A stretch of DNA of 64,000 bases. It comes from an uncultured delta proteobacterium (GTDB lineage: Bacteria; Myxococcota_A; Polyangia; Haliangiales; Haliangiaceae). The stretch is taken from the NCBI GenBank assembly GCA_963848295.1, contig CAWKDB010000009.1, forward strand, positions 1 through 64,000, in the 5' to 3' direction. The position numbers and the translations under genes are program-made. The notes under the pieces were generated by a model. The model worked only from the letters and a program-made list of their open reading frames with translations, had not been told where the DNA came from and made no database searches. Positions 54,296 through 64,000 of this stretch are shown piece by piece. The stretch's first letter is position 1. Every line of letters begins with the position of its first letter.

Positions 54296-55501
54296 CTACT
54301 TGCCCGGCTTCCCAGTAGTCGTCGCCTCCGTCGGCGGGCTTCCCGGCGCAGTCGTCGAGGTGGTGGACGTCGGCGGCCCCACCAGAGAAGGCCTCGGTGA
54401 CCGCTGAGTCTGGAGCTGTGCGAGGGTAGCGCGCACGGTCGCAGCCGCGTCGGTGACGCTGAGCGCCCTCAGCTCGTTGAACCACGTCGCCTGTTCGGCC
54501 TGGGTCAACTCGCTGGCGATGGTGGCAACGAGCACCTGCTCCTCGCGACTGAGCGCGTTCTTCACCGCGAGGAAGTGCGCCATGCTCACTGCGTCGGTGG
54601 GAACAGCGACAGGAGGCGTCGTCACCGGGGGCGCCGGCGGCTGAACGCGCGGCAGGGGCGCCGGCGGCGCTGCCACAGCCTGAACCACCGTGACCTGCGT
54701 CTGAGCCTCGCGCTCTCGCTGACCCTCGGCGTATGCCTTCCTCATGTCGAGGACCGAACCGAGCGACGGCATCTTGCCGCTGAACTTGTTGATCAGCTTC
54801 GACACGACGTCGGACGCGACCTGCGAGACGATCTTGTTGATGTCGAAGCCCGGGGGCATCGGGAATCCGCCGAACATCGTGGGTGCGGTGCCGTGGGCGC
54901 CTCCTCCGCCTTCGTCATCGTCCTCCTCGTCCTCGTCGTCGTCCTCGTCGCCGTTCTCATTCGCGGCGTTGCGGAGGGCCGACGGCGGGAGGTCGCGCTG
55001 CTTGAGCGCGTAGAGGCCAGTCCCCGTCGCGACGTTCAGCATCGTCGTCATCGCCTCCATCAGCTGGGGCAGCCGATCGACGGCGCGCATCGAGATCTCG
55101 GCGTTCTGCCGCAACGCTTCAGCATTGAGCCGAACCGCTTCGATCACGGCCTGCCCGAGCCCAGCCATCGTGCTGTCGACCCGCGCATCGCTCGTGCGCT
55201 CGATCGCGTGATCGCCCGAGGCGTTGCGCTCTGCCTTGATCACCTGGATGTACGCGGGCGGCACGTTCTCGACGACCTTTCCGTCGTCGCCGATTCCATC
55301 GAGGCGGTACTTGCCGGACGCCGTCACCGCTTCGTGAAGGTCATCGAGGTCCGCCTCGATCGGCAAGGTCAACGGGCGACCCTCGCGCGAATACACCAAC
55401 TCGGGTGCACCGCGCGGCTTGAGGCGCCGCACCCGCCACGTCGTCACCGTCGACGGAACCTCGAACGTGTCCCCACTCATCGTGTACGCCAGCTCGCTCA
55501 T
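54296..55501 (-). CDS. Hypothetical protein (globular N-domain, acidic tract, Pro-rich linker, helical C-domain), first gene of the int operon
   Basis: GAAGGAG RBS; MSELAYTMSGDTFEVP...WRVRRLKPRGAPELVY...GKYRLD. Confidence 0.75.
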   Translation of the reverse strand: MSELAYTMSGDTFEVPSTVTTWRVRRLKPRGAPELVYSREGRPLTLPIEADLDDLHEAVTASGKYRLDGIGDDGKVVENVPPAYIQVIKAERNASGDHAIERTSDARVDSTMAGLGQAVIEAVRLNAEALRQNAEISMRAVDRLPQLMEAMTTMLNVATGTGLYALKQRDLPPSALRNAANENGDEDDDEDEEDDDEGGGGAHGTAPTMFGGFPMPPGFDINKIVSQVASDVVSKLINKFSGKMPSLGSVLDMRKAYAEGQREREAQTQVTVVQAVAAPPAPLPRVQPPAPPVTTPPVAVPTDAVSMAHFLAVKNALSREEQVLVATIASELTQAEQATWFNELRALSVTDAAATVRATLAQLQTQRSPRPSLVGPPTSTTSTTAPGSPPTEATTTGKPGK

Positions 55502-56018
55502 GCAATCTCCTTCGATGAAACTGACTCTACGCGCTCGGTCTGACGTACCGCTCGTGCGTTCAGGTAACCGCCGAGAATGAGGCCGAATCCCGGGATTAGA
55601 CCGCTTGTGTGAAGAACCTGTCCGCCGCGCGGACACACTTGGCGCCCCGTTCCGCGTTCAGGACATCGCTGCACAGGGGTTCGCGCTGCGCCCATCTTGC
55701 CTCGATCTTTCGGCCGCGAGATGGCCGACATTTGGCCTCTGGATATCCTCCGGAATCGTTCGGCGAGCGCGGGCGCAACACCGCAAAACGCGCGCAGCGC
55801 GCGGAAATTCGCGCCTCCTTTGCCCGAGCGATGATTCGCGGTTCTATCTCGGCCCGTGACGCATGATGATCGGGATCGAGATGGAGGCGTTGCGGTGGCC
55901 TACGGCGCTGCGGCTGCACAGCCGGCAAGCTTGGAGTGGCCGGTTCACGCGTGCGTTTCGCAAGTGACCGGCATGATGCCGCTCGCGCAGCGAGCACGAC
56001 TGGAGCTATCATCGGAAC

Positions 56019-56693
56019 ATGCGTTGGGCGTGGCTCGGGTTGCTGACGGCGTGTGGGGGCTCGGAGCCCGCAGTTCCCGCACCCGATGCCGCACAAGCGG
56101 TCGATCTCGACCGCATCGACATCATCGTGTCGTCGCGCTGGGTCTATGTGTTTCCGCAGTACTCGCATCCGTTGACCGCCGAACAGCTCGACATCCCGGA
56201 CATCGGCGGGTGTGGCTCGTTCACGCGGGACTGGTCGTCGAGCTATCCGACCGCGCTCACGTCGATTGTCATGGATGGCATACCGCTGCGATCCGATGCG
56301 ACCTCCGATCCGTTCGTCTCGTTCACGGGCGGCGTCACGACCGCAACCGTGTTTCACGCGACCGACGCCGGCCGGACGATCGACGTTCCGATTCACGCAG
56401 GTCCGTATGTCGGCGCGACGGATCCGGTCGTGACGAGCTCGGATGCCGGCATGACCGTGCAGTGGAACGCGGCTGGTGCGGACTCGGTGTTCGTCGGCAC
56501 CGCGGGTGGCATCTTCGGCCTCTCGGGCTGCCGCGTCTCGGGCACCGAGAGCTCGTACACGTTCCAGTTTCCGCAAGGTGGCCAGGGCGACGTCTATGTC
56601 GAGGCCTTCGCCACGCCCGAGGTGTACGACACGACTATCGGCCCGGTGCGCGTGTTCTACGGCGATGTCGCGACGACGCCGTTCGGGATGTAG
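56019..56693 (+). CDS. Lipoprotein, hypothetical
   Basis: MRWAWLGLLTAC lipobox; TATCAT 6 nt upstream. Confidence 0.75.
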   Translation: MRWAWLGLLTACGGSEPAVPAPDAAQAVDLDRIDIIVSSRWVYVFPQYSHPLTAEQLDIPDIGGCGSFTRDWSSSYPTALTSIVMDGIPLRSDATSDPFVSFTGGVTTATVFHATDAGRTIDVPIHAGPYVGATDPVVTSSDAGMTVQWNAAGADSVFVGTAGGIFGLSGCRVSGTESSYTFQFPQGGQGDVYVEAFATPEVYDTTIGPVRVFYGDVATTPFGM

Positions 56694-56781
56694 CGTTCGC
56701 GATTTACGCCACTCGTCGCAATCGCCTAGATAGATGGTGTGTTCTATCGGTGACCAGCTGGCGTAACATCCACCGCTGCTC

Positions 56782-58063
56782 GTGCAGTTGATCCGATGTG
56801 CCGCCTCGCTCCTCCTCGCCGCCACGGCATGCGGTGGTGGCCCGACACACTCCCCAGCCACGGGAGACGCCTCGACCGCTGGCTCTGGGTTTCTCGTCTA
56901 CACCGAGGCCGGCACTGATCGCGTCATGCGATTGGACCTACAAACGGACGAGAAGGTCGTGATCGATCCAGGTCAGTTCGGATCGCTCGCGATCGCGCCG
57001 GATCGAAGGTATGTCGCGTACGTCGGCACGGACAAGATCCCGAAGGTCGCCGACTTCGCCGGTAGCGTGACGCCGCTCGCAACGGAACCCGCCGGTTGCA
57101 GCGGCACGCCGGTGTGGGGCCCCGGCGATTCGATCTCGTACTGCGTGGACAACAGCAGTGGCTCGGGAACCGTCCTCGTTCCATCGATCGGCGCGCCGAC
57201 CATGTTCTTCGGCGATCAGTTCGCGGTCACTGCGGATGCGTCTCACATCCTCTTCGTCGACCGGCAGCAGCCGGGCGGGCCGAGCCAGCTCGGAGACCTC
57301 ATCGAGGAGACCGCGACCGGTGCCGATCGTCGGGTGTTGCGGTCGGGCATGGCTGATTTCATCATCGCGCTCACGCCAGACGGCGCCAGCGTGTTGGTCT
57401 ACGAGGCACAAGCCGCACCGCCATATCGCGCGCTGCGGATCGCCCTCGCCGACGGCAGCGTACAGCAGGACCTCAGGAGTGTTCTCGATCGCCGGCACGC
57501 TCGCCGGCAGCTCGCCGTTCTCGCCGGACGGGAAGCAACTGCTCGTCTGGACGAACAGCGCGCTTGCGGCACTCGACATCGCGACCGGCACGACGCGAAC
57601 GCTCGCGACGTTCGACACACCGTTGCATGCGCTGGCCGGCGCGTGGATTGATGCGACCCGCATCTTGTACTACCGGCAAGACGATCTGACGCCCCCCGGC
57701 TCCGATGTCGGCATGACGACCGAATCCATCTGGGTCAGCGACGGCACGCCTGCGCAACTCTTCGCTGCGACCGGCACGAACACGCAGTGTGACCTCCGGT
57801 CCGTATCGCTCTCCCAGCAGCTCGCGGCGGCGCGCTGCCCGGATCCGACGCTCATCGACTTCGCTGGGCAGACGATCGTCACACATCCGGGCTTCGACAC
57901 CGTGGGGATCACCGGCGACGGGCGTCTGATCTCGATCGCGTTCGACGGCACCGTCAGCATGACTGGCACCGACACGACGCGTACGCTCGTCGTTGCTGAG
58001 ACGCCTTTCCAGCATACGACGCCGATCGATCTGCTCGATCCGTACGCCGTGTTTGCACCTTAG
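56782..58063 (+). CDS. TolB-like beta-propeller lipoprotein (frameshift near 57470)
   Basis: LLAATAC lipobox; IAPDRRYVAY, LTPDGASVL and FSPDGKQLL PD40-like repeats. Confidence 0.75.
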
Positions 58064-58264
58064 CCAGTGACAATATCCCAGCGGCTAAGCTGTGCGGACC
58101 CAGCGACTCGATCTCGGCCGCATGTGAGCTGAGAGGCGGGTGCGTGTCGCCGCCTTGTGGCCCGCAGCAAAACGCGGCAGGCCCTGTGCGCCGAGACGAT
58201 AAGCGTCAAGGTCTCACCAAGCAACGCACGCTCCACGGCGTTCTCTGAGGGGTTAGTGTTGGGA

Positions 58265-60775
58265 GTGGCCGGCTCGCGCAAGATCTGGTGGTTCGGAGCA
58301 CTCATTCTGCTAGCCGTCGCCGGCGCGATCGTCGGCAACGCGATGACGTGCGGTTCAGGGCACGATGAACCGAGCGCGACGGCACGAGGCTCCGCCGATG
58401 GCAGGAACGCGGCTGTCAGACAGAACACCCACCCGACGTCGGCAAATGCCGCGGAGCCCGAGGACCCACCCGGCAACCTGCGGCTAGAAGGCCAGGTCAT
58501 CGACGAGCAGCAACAGCCGGTGGTGGGCGCCGACGTAACGCTGTGGCCAAGTGAGAGGCATGCGATCAGCGACACGAGCGGCTCGTTCGCGTTCGACAAG
58601 CTGATCAAGCGCAGGTATCAGCTGGCCGCTCGCAAGGATGATCTCTATGCAGGCGTCTCGCGGGTCCGTCTCTTCGAGACCAGCGAGCCGGTAACCCTAC
58701 GAATGCGTCTTGGCGCCAAGCTCGTCGTGCATGTTATGGAAGACCGAGCGCCGATCGAAGGTGCCTTGGTCATCCTGGACGACCAAGCGAGAGCGACGAG
58801 TGACCGTTCGGGCACCGCCACGATCGGCGGCGTTGGCCCTCACTTCCATCACGTCGAGGTCACAGCCGATGGTCGCGCTCCAGCGCGCATGTCGCTCATG
58901 CTCGGAGACGACGCGGGTGGGATCGTCGACCGCACAGTGACCCTTCACCACGGTGCCTCTCTAAGCGGCGTCGTCGTGGGCCCCGACGGGAAGCAGGTGA
59001 CGGATGCGACCGTGCAGGTCGACGCTGGAGAATGGAGCGGACGCGCAACCTCGGACGGAGCCGGAGCGTGGCGCTTCGATGCGCTGGGCGCTGGCAAGGT
59101 CTCGTTGAGCGCAACCTCGAAGGCGCTCGGGCCGGCGCCTGACGTCGAAATCGAGCTCGATGGTGTCACTCCACGTCGGGACATCGTGGTGCACGTCGCC
59201 GTCGATGCACAGCTCATTGGTACGGTGACAGACGCGAGCGGCACACCGATCGCCGGCGCGACCGTGATAGCGAGCGATTCCACGCGTCGGCCGTATCCCA
59301 ATCGCAGTGGCACCGACGGTCGATTCGAGTTCCTCGGCATCAAGGCGGGCACGTACGAACTGGTCGCACGAACGGACAGCCAGGCGTCCCCGTCCACGCA
59401 TGTGACGATCGCAAATGACCAGCGTGCCGAGGCCAAGCTTGTCGTCCAGGACTCGGGCATTGCCGGCACTGTCGTCGACGCCAAAGGCACGCCGATTCCC
59501 GAGGCGCGCGTGAGCGCGATGCCGGACGGCCGCGTCTCGATGGCGAACTTCTCCAACGACATCACCGACTCGCGCGGTCACTTCAATCTCGGCGGCCTGG
59601 AGCCTGGAGACTATCGACTCGACGCCAGCTGGCCCAATCAGACAGACCGGCGCGTCGGTGCGGGCGAGCACGTGAAGGCCGGCAATCGGAATGTCAAGCT
59701 GGTCCTCGAGACTCCTGCAACGGTCACCGGCCGCGTGCTTCTCGATGGCTCGCCCGTCACGAGTTACGGCCTCCTCCTAACGGACCATCCCGAGTTCTCC
59801 TCTAATGGCGCCCCCAGCGGCATTCACGCTGCGGACGGTCGCTTCACCCTGCGCGGCATCCAATCGGGAAGATGGGGAATCGTGCTGATCGCTCCGGGGA
59901 CGGCTCGCAAGACCATCGACGACATCAAGATCGAACAGGGGAAAACGACCGACCTCGGCAACATCGCTCTGTCACACGGGCAACGAATCAGCGGGCACGT
60001 CCGAGACTCCGCGGGATCACTTGTCGCCGGTGCAACGGTGACCTTCGGGCTCATGGTGTCAGGCCTCGACGCGGGGCCGCTCGAACGCTCGTTCCGTGGT
60101 CAGTTCCAGACGACGACAAACGAGGCAGGGGGATACGCCTTTGATGGAATCGCTCCGCTTGGAAACCCTCGTGCGGATCAGATCTCCGCCGCTCATCCCG
60201 ATCGCGGCGCCTCCCCTCCGAGCAGCGTTCCCGTTGGCGATGGCGTTGTCGACCTTGTGCTTGCCGCGACTGGTGGGATCGACGGGACGGTAGAGGGCTC
60301 GGCGGAGAGCCTCGGCATCGTCAACGCGAGCACCACCAGCGATCGCGGGGGCAGACTAACGGCACGCGTCGATCGCTCAGGTGCGTTTCACTTCGATGGG
60401 CTGCCGGCCGGCGACTATACGCTCTCGATGTTTCCCTTGCCCGGACGGACGGGACCAGCGCCGGCGTCCGTGACCGTAGTCGCGAACCAGCGGGCAAAGG
60501 CAAAGCTCGTCGTGCCGAACGGCAACGTCACGCTCATCGTCAAGATCAGCGGTGGCACCTGCACGGGCGTCATGTTGATGCCTCCCGGCGACGGGCCATT
60601 CAGGTGGGGCGACTATCGCGGATTCGCGAGCTGCTCTGGCGACACCGCTGAGTTCGATGGCGTGGAGCCTGGCAGCTATCGAGTATGTGCGGGCGCTGTG
60701 AACTGCACACCGGTGACGGTGTTGCCGGCCCCGGAAAAGCAGACGGTTCAAGTCCAGAACGGCTCAGGGCATTGA
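58265..60775 (+). CDS. Carboxypeptidase-regulatory-like (Ig-like) repeat protein
   Basis: N-terminal TM; repeated G.V.D..G.P..GA.V...TD..G.F...L..G.Y units. Confidence 0.85.
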   Translation: MAGSRKIWWFGALILLAVAGAIVGNAMTCGSGHDEPSATARGSADGRNAAVRQNTHPTSANAAEPEDPPGNLRLEGQVIDEQQQPVVGADVTLWPSERHAISDTSGSFAFDKLIKRRYQLAARKDDLYAGVSRVRLFETSEPVTLRMRLGAKLVVHVMEDRAPIEGALVILDDQARATSDRSGTATIGGVGPHFHHVEVTADGRAPARMSLMLGDDAGGIVDRTVTLHHGASLSGVVVGPDGKQVTDATVQVDAGEWSGRATSDGAGAWRFDALGAGKVSLSATSKALGPAPDVEIELDGVTPRRDIVVHVAVDAQLIGTVTDASGTPIAGATVIASDSTRRPYPNRSGTDGRFEFLGIKAGTYELVARTDSQASPSTHVTIANDQRAEAKLVVQDSGIAGTVVDAKGTPIPEARVSAMPDGRVSMANFSNDITDSRGHFNLGGLEPGDYRLDASWPNQTDRRVGAGEHVKAGNRNVKLVLETPATVTGRVLLDGSPVTSYGLLLTDHPEFSSNGAPSGIHAADGRFTLRGIQSGRWGIVLIAPGTARKTIDDIKIEQGKTTDLGNIALSHGQRISGHVRDSAGSLVAGATVTFGLMVSGLDAGPLERSFRGQFQTTTNEAGGYAFDGIAPLGNPRADQISAAHPDRGASPPSSVPVGDGVVDLVLAATGGIDGTVEGSAESLGIVNASTTSDRGGRLTARVDRSGAFHFDGLPAGDYTLSMFPLPGRTGPAPASVTVVANQRAKAKLVVPNGNVTLIVKISGGTCTGVMLMPPGDGPFRWGDYRGFASCSGDTAEFDGVEPGSYRVCAGAVNCTPVTVLPAPEKQTVQVQNGSGH

Positions 60776-60802
60776 GCGTGCGCGCACGAGGTGGGTAGTC
60801 TG

Positions 60803-61324
60803 ATGCGTGCGTGGCTCCTATGTGCGTTTTGCGCGTGCTGGCATTCGGAAGCCCTAGCGCCAACGCCAACCCGAGCGCTCGTCGCGATCAGGAAGCCGCC
60901 ACCGGCCCACGAACGCGACCTCGACCTCCAGCCGGGTGACGATCCGTCCCAGCTCTCGACCTTTCTGTGGAGGTCGAGAGATCCGATCACTTCGCTCGTC
61001 GACGGGCCAGTGGTAACCGTCGACATCGCCACTGCCACGGTGGACACGCGCTGCGGAACCTCCGCGGAAGATGTGGTTCGCCGCTGGACCGCGTCCGTAC
61101 GCGATCCCGACGGTGAGATGGTGTGGTGTGAGCGAGGGAAGCGCAACGATTACACCCTGTGCATGCAGTGGAACTCGACGCACTCCGAGCTCCTGATGCT
61201 GCTCTTTCGCTACAGCGACCGCTGGCAACTGTCCGCGATGATCACGGGGCCGATCGGCCACGTGGCCGCGTGGCGTAACGGCTCGGCCCTGTTCGCTGCG
61301 TTGTCCGCTGCACGCTGCCCGTAA
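60803..61324 (+). CDS. Cys-containing secreted protein/lipoprotein, hypothetical
   Basis: MRAWLLCAFCACW signal-like N-terminus. Confidence 0.55.
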   Translation: MRAWLLCAFCACWHSEALAPTPTRALVAIRKPPPAHERDLDLQPGDDPSQLSTFLWRSRDPITSLVDGPVVTVDIATATVDTRCGTSAEDVVRRWTASVRDPDGEMVWCERGKRNDYTLCMQWNSTHSELLMLLFRYSDRWQLSAMITGPIGHVAAWRNGSALFAALSAARCP

Positions 61325-61400
61325 TCTCCGAATCAGAGCGGGCTCCACGTCACGCGACACACCGCTGCGCAGGTCGCGCCCCGCGACCACCAACAAGCGC

Positions 61401-64000
61401 CTACCACTTGACGGAAGTGATCGTCGCCCGCAGGCCGCTTGTCATGTTCAACGTCGCTACCGTGCCGACAGCGACGTTATCGGACGCCAGGAACCGCACG
61501 GCGTGTTCCAGTCCGACCGCAGCGACCAGCTGACCATCGAGCTGAGCGATCGAGTCCCCGACCGCGATGCCGGCCACGGCCGCCGGACTCCCGGCCTTCA
61601 CCTTCGTCACGACGACGGCATCACCTCGAACTTCGAGCGTGAGGCCAAACGTGCCGGCGTCTCCGCTACGCGGGGGAACGATCTTCAATGGCCCAGGTCG
61701 ACGCGCTCTCCGGGCTTCGCGGAATAGGGGTACTTGTCGAAACCCATGCCGAGCTGCTCCGGCAGCAGCCCGATCTCGTCGGTCCCCGCAGGCACCCGCT
61801 CGAGAACAAAGCGCCCATCTGCGCCGGTCTTGGCGCCGGTGCCACGCGCGATCACCTGGATGCTCGGCACCGGTTGTTCGGTCAGCGCACTGACAACGAC
61901 ACCGGTCAGCGTTGCATATGGGCCGAGCGTCATCGTGAGCGTCATGGGCTCGCCACCAACGATGACCGACGCCGTCGCTGATCCGTCGGCGCTGGTGGCT
62001 TCACATCGATACTCGCCTCGAGCGAGATCAGAGAACGTGTACTTGCTATCGGCCTCCGCTTGGAGCCCATAGGTGCCGACCGGCCCCGAACAGCTCAGGC
62101 TGACCTTCTGAGCGGGCTTGCCTCCACGCGTGACCGCGATCGTCAACGAGCTTCGCGACACCAGCATGATGGTGACGAGGTCACCCGTCTGGACGCCGCT
62201 CTTGATTCCCCGCGACGCGCCACGAGCACCGTCGGCCATGACCGCGTACGTTCCTGGTCGCAACTTGTCGATCGTGAAGCCGCCGCTCGCATCGGTGCGA
62301 ACGGTGCCGCTCGGGGGCGCATACCCTTTGTATTCGGGACGCTCGACCTCGCGCAGCGCCTGCACCTCCACGCCGCTCGCGGGCTTGCCGTCGGTCCCGA
62401 GCACGGTCCCGCGAATCTGTGCTTCCCGCGTTTCGACGGTGATCGTCACGCCGTCGCGATCACGACCGTCGACGATCTCGACCTCGGCCTTCGCGCTATC
62501 GAAGTGATCGCTCCGGTCGACGGCGTCGAGCTGCCAGGTTCCGTCTTCGAGACCCACGATCTTGAACGAGCCATCCGGTGCGGTCTTGCCGGTACGGTAG
62601 ATGCCACCGCGGCGATACCTCGTCGCGAGCGGCGCATCGATCCGGTTGGTAAAGACGTCGGCGCCGACGACCGGCGCGCCGGTCCGGTCGACGACGCGAC
62701 CCGAGATCGAGCTGCGTGGAGTGAGGTGAACGACAAGCGCCGGTTGATTCGGGCCGCCGATGGATATCAATGCCGAGCCCGAACGGCCGTCCTTGGCCAT
62801 CGCGAAGACCTCGAGGTCGCCCGAGGGCACATCCCGAAGTGTGAACGTTCCCTTGGAATCCGAGTCGGTCCGAGCCCGTCCAATGCTCACCGTATCCTTG
62901 TCGGAGATATCTGCGAGAGGGTCGCCGCCGGCTCTGGCCACTCCGATCTGCGCGGCTATCGGCGGCTCGACACGCCCAAACAGCGTCACGGCGCTGCGCA
63001 TCTCAATCAACGCGCCGGTGACGACCTTGTCGGTCACGTCGATGTCGATGCCAGTCTCGAACAGCATGCCGCGCCTGTCCGCCGACAGGATGTACTTGTC
63101 CGGAAGCGCCCCGACCAGCTCGAAGGAGCCATCGCTGTCACTCTGCGCCGAGATCGTCGTCGGGGCCGAATGAAGGGCCATGGCGGAGATGGTGACGCCC
63201 TCGATGCCGCGCGCATGGTCGTCCTTCGCGACGACGCGGCCGACGATCGAGAACGCCGGATCGACCAGGACGCGCACGTCTGACTGGTGTGCGCCGACGT
63301 CCAGCTCGATGACCGTCGGCGTCACCGATGCGTAGCCCCGGCCACGTGCACTGATCGTGATCGTCCCCGTGTGCAGCCCGCGGAGGATGAACGAGCCATC
63401 TGCCGTCGCCTGCGCTGTCGAGAAATCACCGCTCAGGGTTGCATCGGGCACAGGCTGGTTCGTGTCGCGCGCGATCACCTGTCCCCGGATCTCGCCGCCG
63501 CGGACCAGCACGAAGTCAGCGGTTACGGGGTCGTCGTCAACGGCGACGTTCTGCGAGGCGCCCTGATACTCGGCGTGCGTCACCTCCAGCTGAAACGCAC
63601 CGGACGCCAGGCTCAACTGATAGCGACCGTCGGCTCCGCTGAACGTGACGAAGCTCGCACCGCCGGGTATCGATACGCCCGGACCTGCGCACCCACGATC
63701 GGCTCGTGCTTCTCGGACGCGATCACGCCAGCGACGATCGTGCCGCCTGCTTCCAGCGAAACGTCGACGTCGGCCTGCGAGCTGCCGTCGCTCACCAGCT
63801 CGCGCACGTGCGGCAGATACCCCACCGCAGTCGCGGTCAGCACGTAGCTTCCCGCCGGCACGTCGCTCGCCACCCATCGACCGGCGCCGTCGCTGATCGC
63901 GATGAGCGGCGTGCTCTCCTCAGCGAAGATCGGGCGGTCCATCGCGAGAGCGACGATCGCGCCGACCAGTGGAGCGCCGGTCGTTGCGCTGAGGATACGG
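61401..64000 (-). CDS. Carboxypeptidase-regulatory-like repeat protein with C-terminal PDZ domain (frameshifted; starts beyond the window)
   Basis: Repeats in 61685..63877 and 63613..63942; PDZ FGLTL..VVVTKVKAGSPAAVAGIAVGDSI in 61401..61688. Confidence 0.8.

Larger units (their letters stand above)
42345..64000. mobile_element. Integrative element / genomic island (left boundary approximate; right boundary outside the window)
   Basis: Abrupt drop in GC3 after the NtrC gene; arm-type repeats at 42382; tyrosine integrase plus excisionase; IS; defence-like cargo. Confidence 0.75.

Noticed and set aside
51419..64000. Prophage call
   Set aside because: No terminase, portal, capsid, tail or lysis genes are recognisable; only int and xis are present.

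Overview
This is a high-GC bacterial window, probably Myxococcota of the Kofleriaceae/Haliangiales type (inferred from GS-rich and Cys-rich lipoproteins, sigma54 usage and CarboxypepD-repeat proteins). The consensus is noisy, with many single-base indels, so most 'split' ORFs are single frameshifted genes. It has three parts. (1) 1-~5230 is the right end of an island abutting the 3' end of tRNA-Glu(CTC): a HExxH protein plus coupled lipoprotein, a degraded IS copy, and arm-type repeats. (2) ~5235-42356 is core chromosome: tRNA-Glu/tRNA-Gln, an octaheme cytochrome, radical SAM, GT2/methyltransferase, a TonB receptor-DUF2252-porin-LTD cluster, MBOAT/SGNH O-acetylation genes, an M23 peptidase, a TolC-MFP-RND pump and an HK/NtrC pair. 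(3) ~42345->64000 is an integrative element that appears to be inserted in the last codons of the NtrC-family gene. It carries a candidate anti-phage module: a ~1400-aa nucleosidase(PNP)-TPR-GreA/B-C-PIN fusion facing a HEPN-motif gene. It also carries an intact IS, a compact int/xis/three-unknown-gene core with a long RNA hairpin between xis and int, and secreted-protein cargo. Near-leaderless sigma54 and -10-only promoters recur across the window. No CRISPR array or rRNA was seen.
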